DNA of 63,267 nucleotides, counting the filler, from Choristocarpus tenellus KU-1152 (Eukaryota > Protista > Phaeophyceae), in NCBI GenBank assembly GCA_964200185.2. It is 9 parts of 9 records of this genome, joined end to end, with 100 filler letters (N's around TTAATTAATTAA, not from the genome) between each part and the next. Parts side by side here need not be neighbours in the genome. Positions count along the whole stretch, not along the records: positions 10,272 to 16,645 come from CAXNAD020008276.1; positions 16,746 to 20,648 come from CAXNAD020017233.1; positions 20,749 to 31,835 come from CAXNAD020002515.1; 6 more parts are not named here. One strand, 5' to 3'. This document shows, in pieces, positions 10,927 through 22,821 of this stretch (within the stretch, counting starts at the first letter, position 1; every line of letters begins with the position of its first letter). The notes beneath the pieces are model-generated. The model did not search any database and had not been told where the DNA came from. It worked only from the letters and a program-made list of their open reading frames with translations. The position numbers were made by a program, and so were the translations under genes.

Positions 10927-13874
10927 GTGCAAGAGGAGAAGGAAGGGTGGAAGATGGATCCATTGGCCCTAGGAGTCTCTCTCAGGCAGTGCGAAAAAGA
11001 CGACGGTCGAAGACAGAACTATGCTGCCAAAGATATCCAGAACACATCAGATCATGAGCATCAGCAAAGGACCTCCACTATAGAGGAGGCCACGTACATC
11101 CCTACTTCAAGGGCCACTGGAGAAGCGAGTGGTGAAGTTGGTCTCCTTGATGAGAGTCAACAAGATGAGAGGTTCGTAGCTTCACGTCATACGGGAGGAA
11201 AATGGGCCGTGGGAGGAAAGAAAGCGACCTCTTGTACCATAGTCAGGTCTCCAGGACTTAGCAGTGATGCGACCATATCCCACGGAGGTGAGAGCGAGAA
11301 AAAGTCGAACATCCTCTCTGGGCTACCAGAAGCATCATTGTGGGATAATGAGGAAGTCGATCTGGTTGTCCAGATCACACCTTTTCGAGCAGTATTCCAT
11401 CTACCCATGGCCTAGTCCTGGGGAGTGAACAGTGATGAAGGAAATGTATCTCCACCTAAATCACTCAAGGTAATAGAGGAGTACAGGAGTAGTCGTGCTC
11501 ATGCAGCTGATCACATATCGAAGTCCTCCTGGAGACTCAGCGATGATGACGATGTTGTGCAACAAGCAAACCTTTTAGATGTGCAATTGTTGGACAGACA
11601 CCATGCATAAGCAACAACTCTCGTGCAGCTAATCACATTCTGCCTTCCCCTTGGGTAGATAATAGTAATGATAACAGAATGTGTTCAGTTCTACCTTCAG
11701 ATGTGGATGCAACGGATGAGCTGGCACTTTCAACCACAATGCCCAGAGCAGTATCTCGTGGACCCATAGCCTCATCCTGGAGAGAGGACAGCGATGAGGA
11801 AGATATCCCTCCAGCATTACATTTGAAGGCAAGAGAGGTCTACAGGAGCAGTCGCGCTTACCCAGTTTACCCCAAGCCCTTCTCCTGGAGAGACAGTGAT
11901 GTTGTGCCACAGACAAAACCGAGAATTGGTGCGATGGATAGACAAACACCTGCATCTATAACTTCCAGATCAGTCTCTCGTCAACCCACGGCCTCATCCT
12001 GGGGAGAGGAAGGGGATGGGGGAGATCTATCTCCACCTAAATCCTTCAAGATGGTAGAGGAGTATAGGGACAACTACTCATGTGCAGCTGGTCGTGTCCT
12101 GAAGTCCTCCTGGGGAGACGGCGATGATGACGATATTGTACCACTGGCAAAACCTTTGAGATTAGGTGCAATGGATGGAAAGTCATCAGACATAAGCAGT
12201 AACACTTGTGCAGCTAATCGCATTCCGCCCTCCCCTTGGGTAGACAGTAGTGACGACGGTAAAGTATCATCAGTGCCACCTTCAAACAAGGGTGCAGCGA
12301 ATAAGCAGGCACTTCCACCCACAACACTTAGGGCAGTGTCTCAGCAGCCCATAGCCTCATCCTGGAGAGAGGACAGCGATGGGGAAGATATCCCTCCAGC
12401 ATTACATTTGAAGGCAAGAGAGGTCCACAGGAGGGGCGTCCACACTCACCCATCTGATCACATACCATCCTCCTGGAGAGACAGTGATGATGATGTTGAG
12501 CCACTGACGAAACCTCTAAGAGTGGGTGCGATAGATACTCACACACTTCCTCTCCCCCTGACTGCATCATTCAGCGATGGGGAAAACAGCTGTGTGGTGG
12601 TAACCCAGAATCAGTCATCAAAAGATGGGGAAAGAGATACTCGTACACAGGGCATCGATGTACTGGCATCCTCACACTGGGCTAATGGTGATACCGAAAA
12701 CGCAATCACATTGCCATTTAGGCAGAACCCAGTTGTTCCGCATACCATCATGCCTCCCATTGCATTGGGTTCGAACAAAAAACAGAAAGATGGAGCAATC
12801 TGTCAACAGGAGACCAAGCGATACAAATTCAGAGGTAAAACATCCTCGGATTGGGGCTCACAGACAGTCTCACCTACTACTGTAGTCGTTGAAGTCAAGT
12901 CACTGATGGGAGAACAAGAACTAGACAGAAGAAACTGTATGACATCAGATATAGCTTCAAGGGTGGGTTCATCCATGCATCACACAGCAGGAGAGTGGGG
13001 ACAAGGAAAAGGGTCATATCAGTCTGCTGCCGTTGGACTCAGAAGTGGGCTGGCTCTTTCCCCTCCACACACCAAAATACAGGATCATGGTGTGGTAGCA
13101 GAATCGCCCTTGCACCAGAGGGAGGATGGGATGACTCCACAACTTACTCCTAGTTCGATCTCACCTGCAAGCTTGATACTATCCCCTGAGCATTTACCTA
13201 GCTCTATACCTCAACATACAAGACCTTCAAGGCGTTGGGCTGAAGCACTAAAGAAATTATCTGGCAGTAAATGTTTGAATCGAGAACAAGAAAATAAGGA
13301 GAGGGATGGAGAAGTCCATCAGTGGAAATGGTGGTTCAACATTATCCGTTCCCCTGGCCTCTTGGCCCGACTGGTGGCTTGTGCATTGGCTCTTTGCCTA
13401 CTCTGGTCAACTGGCCTCAGTGTTGCAGGTGAGATCAAAGTACGTTGGCTATCGAAAATTAAAGTTGCTGCCATGTCCAAATCAAACCACCATAATTGTA
13501 CCACTTCATTCAAAGAACATAATGAGCATTTTTAATTTCGTTCCAATATTTCGAAACAAAGGTAGATTGGGATGGTTCCAGACCTTCCTTCCCACTATAT
13601 TCTTCCTATTCCCTCCTCCTTTCCTGTAAATCCGTGTGGCATACTATCCCTGAGCCCAGTCGATGTTACTAGCAGTTCACTCCGTTCTCCAACATTGAGT
13701 GAGGTGGTCCGGTCTGTCTGGTATGCGTATTATATCATCAAAGAACAACAAGAGGAGTATGTTTCGTGTGTGGCACGCCAGGTTGAGCAGTGTGACAAGG
13801 ACTTTGCCGCCTTCTCCAAGTCAAAAGAGAACTTCACATTGCCATTGACTTCATCAACTGACTTGGTTGTTGAG
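10927..13874 (+). CDS. Uncharacterised protein: long Ser/Asp-rich SSW-repeat region, one predicted TM helix, then a Cys-containing domain (5' end uncertain, continues 3')
   Basis: The 618-aa ORF 11679-13535 has a donor GCAG/GTGAG at 13428 (phase 1) that joins acceptor CAG at 13581 to exon 13582-13874 (DLPSHY...YVSCVARQVEQCDKDF...VVE/GTATGT). Hydrophobic stretch LLARLVACALALCLLWSTGLSVA. Upstream 10927-11678 is similar in composition but has a TAG at 11413 and a frameshift near 11570-11610. Confidence 0.6.
11385..12540 (+). repeat. Intragenic tandem duplication, about 585-bp unit built from SSW subrepeats
   Basis: CCCATAGCCTCATCCTGGAGAGAGGACAGCGATG...GCAAGAGAGGTC at about 11763 and 12348; TATCTCCACCTAAATC...AAGTCCTCCTGG at about 11447 and 12028. 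Confidence 0.9.
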
Positions 13875-14806
13875 GTATGTGCAATTTTATGGTGCGTGCT
13901 TTCAGGGTGTTCATGCAGCAATAAACTCTGTATCTAGTGCTGGGATGAGGAATGGTACGCTGATTCAGTTCAAGCATACCCCCAAATAGTACACAATTAG
14001 TGTGAGTTGCTGCTGTTACCTTCTTCATTCATACTTCAGTGTACTCAGTACCTGCAGGGTCCCTAGGCAACTCAAAATAACAATTGAGTTCTGTATATGG
14101 AGGTATATTGTGCTCATCCATGTCCATTGAGATATTCTTCATACAGGTTCTGAAGTATTTTGGAGGCAAAGCTCAGTGATTCACAAATGCGAACTGCTCT
14201 GTGTGCGGTAGATCTCTTCTAGGTGTCCTTCTCGCCGCCTTAGCATATTTTAAAGTAATTGTCGTTCCTAGCCTGCCAGTTGTGCAATCAAGTTCCATAG
14301 GACCTTCTTCTACTGTTGTGGCATCTCGTAGAATGTTTGGCTTTCCTTGCTCTTGCAAAGCATGCACAAGACATTTGTTCCATTTTTATACCGTGCTGAA
14401 GTGATAGATAACATTAAATATGACGTTCTGGTAATTGTTGACTGTGAGCAATGAGCATGGTGATAGCAAACAGCGCCCCATTGACTTTAGTACTTTTGAA
14501 ACATGTGAATAATTAGTTGGTTCTTAGAATCTGACTACACCCCTTACTTTATGGGGCACGGCACACACACAGCCTGCCACTATTAACCCTGTTGCATCTT
14601 ATTATGAACAACAGACGATACGTTCTAAGCAGGTGAATGAACGTGGGAAAAAAACGACGAGTGGTGATGAGAAATTGATATAATCGTGCTATACAATTCG
14701 TCAATACTAGTATCCTCATCAAGTAATCACTTGGGTATATCGCGACCTTTTGTGTGATAGGATGGGTTCAGTCTTTTCCAATCAATACTATACTGAAGCC
14801 ATTATT

Positions 14807-15060
14807 GAGTCAAAATAAACGAGAGGTACCCAGAGTTGAATTTAAGGATGCTGACAGATATGTGGGAAAATTCGGATTTAAAAAAAAGGTATATTGGATT
14901 TTTTCTGAATTCTGTCCGAAAGCCTCAAGCAATAGAGAAACCAATGCTCTCAAGTCGATCTTAGCACTTCATAGGAATATGGGCGAATTGGAAAAGATTG
15001 GAGAACTGGCTTAAAATGCAAAACACCCAAAACCGGGGTACCTCTCGTTTGCTTTGACTC
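14807..15060 (+). mobile_element. MITE family B copy, 3-bp TSD ATT
   Basis: TIRs GAGTCAAAATAAACGAGAGGTACCC / GGGTACCTCTCGTTTGCTTTGACTC; flanks ATT/ATT. Confidence 0.92.
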
Positions 15061-15152
15061 ATTACAGCATCATTGAATCACTTCAAATATTATAAGTCGT
15101 ATTAAAACCACTTGAGTCATGTACTGCACAACAAGCATGTGTATGTAATGGT

Positions 15153-15413
15153 GAGTCAAAGTAAAAAAGATGCACCCAGAGTTGCACTTTTAAGGATGCT
15201 GGCAAATAAGTGCAAAATTAAGTTTTTTTCAAATTCGTCTAGTTTTTTTCCGAATTAGTTTTGTCAAGAAGTATCAAGCAACGGAGAAATCAATACTCCC
15301 AAGTCAACCTAAGCACTTCACACATAGAAATACTGATGGAATGCAAAAGATCAAGAGAGTGGGTTATAATGCAGAACGACCAAAAGCTGAGTACCTCTCA
15401 TTTACTTTGGCTC
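15153..15413 (+). mobile_element. MITE family B copy
   Basis: GAGTCAAAGTAAAAAAGATGCACCC...GTACCTCTCATTTACTTTGGCTC; flanks GGT/AGT. Confidence 0.88.
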
Positions 15414-15601
15414 AGTCTAAATGTTGTGCCACTTGGTATTCACATTCTTCAAATGGTATCTTATTCGTTGTTTGCATTGTGCAGTTTTTTTTGTTGAGAC
15501 TGTTTTTCTGCTGGATCTGTGAGCCTTCTGGCTCGATGTATCGCGTTGTGGTGGGATTGACAGATCAGGCAAATAATATGCCTGGACATTCATGCTAAAA
15601 A

Positions 15602-15873
15602 AAGTCAAAGTAAACAAGAGGTACGCAGAGTTGCATCTTTTGGATGCTGGCAAACAAGGGCAAAACTCGGCTCTTTTTACTAATGGGTATAGGATGGGTA
15701 TAGGTAAACCTTTCTTAATTCTTTTGAAAAATTTCGAACAATAGAGAAACCAACGCTATCAAGTCAAACCTGGCACTTTACCCTTAGAAATATGGGTGAA
15801 TCGCAGCAGATTGAAAAACTAGCTTAAAATGCAAAACGGTCAAAACCTCGGCACCTCTCGTATACATTGACTC
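15602..15873 (+). mobile_element. MITE family B copy
   Basis: AAGTCAAAGTAAACAAGAGGTACGC...GCACCTCTCGTATACATTGACTC; same interior as the two preceding copies. Confidence 0.88.
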
Positions 15874-16564
15874 ACTATTGTGTACCTTTTTGTGTATCGC
15901 TGCCAAATGTGGTTGGTGCGTGTTGAATTTCCAGGATTATTGCAAATGCCCTCCATGAATATGCATTGGTTACTATATGTTCACTCAACAGTCACTGCTG
16001 TTGTGTCTGTTCGGTATTAAAATGCACTAGAAGTAGAACAATGAGTGAGCCTAAAAACAAATATAAGGTACTTTTTTTTCAATGGAATGTTGAACCAAAG
16101 TTTTTGACCAGTAATGGATGATAATAGTATATACATACGCCATTTGGTATCGTCTCAATTATCGTTTCCATATGCTCTCGGAGGCGGAGTACATTGATCA
16201 GAAACTTGGGTGGTGTCATTGTTACTGGGCGATTGTTGCATATTGTGTTGTTTGTGTCCTATTTGACCTTAATGAATATGCACATAGACCCGGACATGAT
16301 GATTGATCCGAGTTGCCAAACAAGATTTTGTACGAATTATTCATACGACATCATGATAAACAACGATATTCAAATGACTTCTGATGTCTGAATAGCTGGG
16401 TCATTTTTGGTGATGATGCTGCTTCCCCACCTTGATAAGATACAACCTTTCGCAAACAAACCATAAGCAAAACACGATATTTCAGAAGCTTATGTCTGAG
16501 CTGATACCATCTTGATTCCTTCAAGTCTGATCTTCAGCCTGTGCTATTGAGCGTTGAGGTCCAT

Positions 16565-16775
16565 GCCTCAAAGTATCTGGGAGGGGGGGGGGGGGGGCCG
16601 CTCTCAGGGTGGGTTCTTCGGTGCAAAAAAACGCCCACCGCACACNNNNNNNNNNNNNNNNNNNNNNNNNNNNNNNNNNNNNNNNNNNNTTAATTAATTA
16701 ANNNNNNNNNNNNNNNNNNNNNNNNNNNNNNNNNNNNNNNNNNNNCCCCTCCCCCCCCCCCAGATACTTTGAGCC
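16565..16775. mobile_element. MITE family C termini flanking a gap
   Basis: GCCTCAAAGTATCTGGGG(G)n left of the gap and (C)nAGATACTTTGAGCC right of it. They may be one copy or two. Confidence 0.8.
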
Positions 16776-17100
16776 TGGCACTTGCACAGATCCCACAACG
16801 AGGCCAGGTAGACCTTAGCTTTGGCTGCCCATTTGTGGAAGGATGTGTGGTATACTGATGGGACATCCCAAACATCGAGGATACTTGTACAGTGGCCACA
16901 TCGCCCCTTGCGGTGTTGTACAAGATCCATGCATTCACCCCATGCGATCTGGCTGTGTTATACTCCTTCAGATGATGGAACACAGTGCTTGAGGAAATTT
17001 CGAAGTCCTCTATGATATCTACCACCATCCCCTGAGGCATCCGGGTCTCGTGCCTTCTCACTTCCAGGCATCACACCACCACTCTGTTCTTCATCAGGGT
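16776..17100 (-). pseudogene. Possible Tc1/mariner-type transposase N-terminal (HTH) relic
   Basis: MPQGMVVDIIEDFEISSSTVFHHLKEY resembles the paired-like HTH of plant/oomycete-type mariner transposases. No DDD motif seen. Confidence 0.3.
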
Positions 17101-18366
17101 GTTTTGAGTACTGACCTCGGACGGACTACTGGGCAGAAGAATTGGGGCCAATGGGCGATAGCAATATGAGCGAGCTGCTTGAACGATGGGGGGCCTTTGT
17201 GCTAGGCATCCCAATAAACACCCACTTCGACAGTTTCAAGAGGTTTTGAACCCCATCAAATGAAGGTTGGCCGATTTTACAGTGGTGATCCTCCACAGTC
17301 ATGGCGACCCACGGTCTCGAATGCCTCCCTATCTATATGAAAACTAAGTTTTGTTCAGACAGTTTATCACTGTGGGTCGTTCCCGGGTGAGAACAAAGGT
17401 TGTGAAAGTTATGTTATATTTAATTCCGAATGGAGGAAGTATGTAGTGAGAGGTAGGATAGTACAGGTGTATGATCAGCAGTTCTTGCCACATGGTGAAT
17501 GTTGGATAGTCAAAACCAAATTTTCATGAGAAGAAGCCTGGCATTAATGGGATTCAAACCCACGAAATCCATACAGTTGATGTGCTCGGAATTACAGTGC
17601 GTTTTGAGTAGGTGGTATTAGGACAAAGGCATATATCGCAGTACTGGAGCATTAATTAACAGAAAAAAAAGGCAGCATTACTTATTGCATTATTCATTTA
17701 TTAGTTAGGGTGGCAATAAATGTGTGCTATGGTGGTTGCTCAAGGGATTGTTTTTGCTGACAAAGTAGGAAAGGAGTAGAAAAAAAAAACGATTTTGAGT
17801 CTTTATAGTTAAATACGGCATGAATTGATGCGTTGTGTATATATATACAATTCCGAGCTGAGCTAGGTGGCATTCTTGAAGGAAAATGCATTCCAGAGAA
17901 AACTAAAATATTATATATATATATTAAACTTTATTGATCTACTTTTTTCTTTAGAAAAAAATTGATTAGTTTTTTAGTGTTAAGATGTTTGGATCAAAGG
18001 AATGAGTTACCATTGTTTTCTAGGAATGTTGGGATTCTCGGGTCTTGTGCAAGTCATCTCAAACTCCTGTTCTTTTGGATAAAGAGTGATGCATTGTTAT
18101 TGATCTGGCCAATCATGAAGCAGCACCTCATCTGCAAGGAAGAATGCTACCCCTGCACTCCACACCATCCCATTCCTGCCTCTTTGGTTTATATTCAGTG
18201 GTTCAATTCACACATGGTTGCATACCACAAGGTTTCATCATGGTAGGTTATGTTTACAGATACCCTTACATAGCAAACAAGTGAGGTTGTTGTAGTTGTG
18301 GTCCTATTGCTTCCTAGTGTGCCACAGAAACTCTTTAGTATAGCAGCAAAGTGTATACTACATAGC

Positions 18367-19789
18367 AAATAAGGATAATGGCCATCATTTGCTATCCCTG
18401 TTGGCATGAACTGCAATATTATGGTACTCATGAGCATCCACAAGTGGCGGACTGGGATGGGCATGCCAATCCAGAAGCTAAGAGGGAAAAGGCCAGATTT
18501 GAAACAGCAACGGTAAACCCACATATGGAGCCCAAGGCCAGAGTTGGAGCAAAGCTTGAGGTTGAGGGATAAGTAGAGCTGTAGATAAGTACTATACACA
18601 ACAGGGAAGCTAGGGTAGGACATGGGTGACCTACACTGGTTGGCTGCATGGAGCCACAAACGATTTCCCAAAGTCTGACGGACTTTATGCCCCTATGATA
18701 GTATCATCCAGCACACCCTGCCTTTTTTTGTGCTAGTAATACTATGACTAGGTACAACGCATGCACTTACCAACAGATACATCCCTCCCTCTCAATAATA
18801 GAATGCATTATGAATCAAAGTAAGCAAGAGGTACCCAGGTTTGTCTTGCATTTGAAGCCAATTTTTCACATTTTTGCAATTCACTCATATTTCTATGGAT
18901 GAAATGCCAAGCTTGACTTGAGAGCGTTGATTTATCTATTGTTAGAGACCTGTCAACACAATTCAGGAAATTTCCTACACAAATTTGTAAAAAAAAAGAG
19001 AGGCGAATTTTGCGCCTACTTATCAACATCCTTTTGATACAACCCTGGGTACCTCTTGCTTGCTTTGAATCGACGTGTGTGAGAGTATGGGGCAGTAGCA
19101 ACAATACATGCTATTTTCAGAAGAAAAAAAAAGGTATATATATATAGAGAGAGAGAGAGAGATAGATTAAAACAATATTTGAAAAATTTGCAGGCAGCAT
19201 ATTAGCGCACTACAGAGTACTTACTCAAAAGTGAAACATCAACCAATTTCCTTCACTCGTTCTCCTCCTGCATCCAACCCGGAACAGAGATTTTTTTTCT
19301 AGGCTGTGCGAAAATGATCTACAAGTAAGTTCACCACCTGATGCCACCAGTAACATTTTTACCACAAAAACCACTCCCACTTGTACCCTACTTCAGGTAC
19401 GTGCTGTTGCTGCAACTTTAGTAGGGGACCATGCATGTACATTGTTGGGGCCGACAAATGGGACTGTTACTGGGACAGGAAGCATCGCAGGAGGTACAAC
19501 TTGCTCTACTGCGAATGCCCAAGACGTGTCTGTGAATGCATGGGCTGCCAGACTTAAGGCCGCTGCTGTGGCCACAGGGGCCTTTCAGCAGCACCATCAC
19601 CGCCTGGAAGGTGGGATGGCACATCCTGGGGTGAGCGTAAGGGCAGATTTGGGAGGAAATGTAAAAGGTATTGACTCGAGGGCAGGTGCAACTGAGAGTA
19701 CAATTACTACAGGGCTGGAAGGCAGGGGTACATTGGGCACAGTCACCTCTCTTTTATCTACAGGTGGAGAGGGGGCCGTGCGAGAATGA
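18367..19789 (+). CDS. Probable 3' exons of an unknown gene (candidate exon about 18367-18512; terminal exon 19397-19789), possibly the same gene as 10927-13874
   Basis: Acceptor CTTCAG at 19396 opens a 130-codon frame VRAVAATLVG...GAVRE*. Upstream candidate exon ends ACG/GTAAAC. A 22-nt candidate micro-exon (19303-19324) has a strong acceptor and a GTAAGT donor. Linkage across the 16.6-kb gap is unproven. Confidence 0.4.
18812..19071 (-). mobile_element. MITE family B copy (inverted)
   Basis: GAATCAAAGTAAGCAAGAGGTACCCAGG...CCTGGGTACCTCTTGCTTGCTTTGAATC. Confidence 0.9.
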
Positions 19790-20748
19790 GACCGCCACCC
19801 ACTCTGTACACATTGTTGTTGGCCTCCAATGCCTATCCTAAACTTTAATAGAGAGACAAGCGATTGACAGAAAACTATCCTCCTTGAACAACCAGTTTTT
19901 TTTATTCTGCAACAGAAAATATTGTAAGGCATTTTGATCTGGCTCTATTGTCCCCGGGCATAAATCGATGGCTTCTTAGTACTGTTTTTAATGATATGTG
20001 CACTGCTTCCAATAATCACTGTAGTATTACAGTTCACCTTGGTCATCGGTTTCATAGGCTGGCCGAAAAGGAGAGCAAGCATGCTTGCGAGGAAAAAAAA
20101 GACACTGCATTTCACTCTCAACATACAATGAATGATATGTTTGCCCCCTTTCAAATCTGGAGACAGCAGACTGCAAAATCCAAGCCCTTTCCTACTTCCC
20201 CCCTCCTGCACCCTGGCAGAGTACACTAGTATCATTAGTATATACTTCCTTATACACTTCAGTATACACTTCAGTGCTTGTAGAGATAGGGAGGGCATAG
20301 ACTCTCCTCGATTTGATGTACTTGGGATGTATGCGACCTACTTGCCCTGCGTGTGTTGCAAATGTCTCTGCTCATAAAAATATGAATCGCACCAAGAGGA
20401 ACACACACACAATGACCACAAACAAGCAATCACACAGACCAAGGGTGCGCATTATTAAAAACTGAACCAGGTCAGCCATCCATCCATGCTGCAATGGACC
20501 GGTTTCTAGAAAGGATCACACATCATTGGGGTCGGAAGTGCAGGGAGATGGTGTCCAATATGTGCATTCCACACCAACACCACCTCACACACAGCTAACA
20601 CTCCCCCCCCGCCCCCCTTCCTCAGATCCAACCCCTGCCTGGTCTCAGNNNNNNNNNNNNNNNNNNNNNNNNNNNNNNNNNNNNNNNNNNNNTTAATTAA
20701 TTAANNNNNNNNNNNNNNNNNNNNNNNNNNNNNNNNNNNNNNNNNNNN

Positions 20749-20820
20749 AAAAACGTGACATAAAAAAATTTTACCCCGAATGGACTGCCCCCCCCCCCCC
20801 CCCCCCAAATACTTTGAGCC
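20749..20820 (+). mobile_element. MITE family C right end at a contig start
   Basis: ACATAAAAAAATTTTACCCCGAATGGACTG(C)nAAATACTTTGAGCC. Confidence 0.8.
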
Positions 20821-20989
20821 TTGCCCTTTTGATGACTAATTGTACGGATGTATAGCTTCCGTTTATTCCTTGGTTCTTGCAAAATTGGGTTCAGCAATCC
20901 CACCGTACTTGTCCCTCTGCCTCCTCGCTCCAAACTTGTGCTCCAAAAACGGTAGAAATGTGTGCTTAATGCTACATATTACAAAATAA

Positions 20990-22300
20990 CCTGATCATTA
21001 ACTCCCTGGGTTTATACAATTTCAAATCAATTTGTTTCAGAAGAGCATTCTAAGTATGAGCTAAATGTCCCATGCTGGAGAGTGTATGACATGTGTTTCC
21101 TTCAGACCGACTGAACACCTTCTTTCTCTTCAGGTGAGTCCAATTGGTTGCATGCCTTCAGTGATGGGAAACACGCACTAGCTCTGAAGTATTGAGCTAT
21201 CAGAGTTAACTGATAATTGATATATTTAGGCTTTCTGATGAAGAATACAGGTGTGTGACTACCCCAGTTTCTCCTACAAGACAAACCTGGAGCAACATTT
21301 AACTGTTGATTATACATACAGCCACCTTTTGTTGTGGGCTCCTCTCCTTGGGTTTATGTTTGCCGCAGTGGGGATGGCTACTTTCTATAGATAACTTTGG
21401 TGGTAGGACAGGGAAGGGTCTGCAGAGTCAGTCATGTCTCTGGGAGACATGAACCGATTTGTGGAGTCTGATGTAATGCTTTCATCCTGAATCACCCACA
21501 ATACCACATTGATAATTTGTTTGAGTGTTCTAGTCTAGATACATTGGTTGCAGGGCGTGATAAGGGTCAGGGGGAATGGTGGTATCTTCCCCTTTCGAGT
21601 GATACCATCCAAGAGGGTGGTGTTGTGGAGTTTTAGGGGTTCCCATGTGTGCCTTATGGTGCATGCGTTTTGAGCACTGTTTGAGGGTGCTTTCAGGCAA
21701 CATGTTCACAGTGAATCTACTCTCTTACAACCGCACCCTCCTGAAGTTGGCTCTAGTGCAAATTCAGGGATGGGCATGATGTATATTGCACAAGCTTCAA
21801 AAGGGCATTTTGAAGCTTTATAATGGGTGAAACCGCCTTCCTCTCAGATGGTTTTTTTCTTTGGGATGATAGCCTGTCTAATAATGCAGATGATTACATT
21901 CCAATAACCGAGATGTCATCAGCTTTGTGTCTGAGATGTAGCTGTCAGTGGGCATGGTCTACCAGACTACTATTAGGCAATAGCCTAAGGTAGAGAGAAC
22001 CACAACACCGACAAGCACACCCTTTATAAGTACATTTATCAAAGTAACATACTCTTTTGGCAGTCTTTGAGAGATAAATAATGTATTGGGATCATTCAAT
22101 ACATTTTCTGCAACAGACAATACTCGGGGATAAGTGTGGATGGTGTTGTGATACACCCCATGCACCCCCTGATTCCTTCCGTGTTCATTTGAGGCACTCA
22201 AGTATAGCAATGTCTCATTGTGCAAACTAGGTGGTGCTTTTCTCCTCTGGTCAACAACACACCCATCCATTTCCCTGAACAACATAATGCAAATGCTCAG
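20990..22300 (-). pseudogene. Decayed Penelope-like retroelement (RT + GIY-YIG endonuclease)
   Basis: Minus-strand fragments in PLE order: LSVAENVLNDPN (cf. LxxxVLxxNxF), LRHKADDISVI (cf. WxRYIDDIFxI), YTSCP (cf. YxSxHP), IPLTL, VCIINS*MLLQVCLVGETG (cf. GIY-YIG VYxIxCxxCxxxYVGETG). Confidence 0.5.
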
Positions 22301-22821
22301 GCTTCTGTCACACTAGAGTATGCCTCGCATGATTAAACATCAATACTGACAGCATGAGAGTCCCATAATTGGTACAAAAAGAGTGTCCTAGCAGACCATG
22401 CCCCACATCAACACACACAACTGATTCGCAGAAGATTGAGAACAACCCTCTGACCTGTCAAGCAATGGATGACCAAATACAATAGGGAGGACAAGGACAA
22501 GGCAAAGTGCTGCACCACCTCACCCTCTTTCATGCACCATCAATTCAAACAGTTTCATAACTCTATCATCACACCCAGAAAATTCTCCACTCAAGGTGAA
22601 CTAGACTCTGGTAACCCACTAGATATCCCCCCACCCATTGCACTGAGGGTTTGTTCTAACCCCGACCATAAATCCACCACACCTCGGAACCACCATGGAC
22701 ACTACGAAGGACCCCAGCTCTATTCCACCTGTATCAATCTAGCTGCACACCCAAATGTGAGATGATCCTCAAAACTAAACTGGAGCAGTTGTCATCTTAA
22801 CTCTACCAGGAGAAAAACAAA

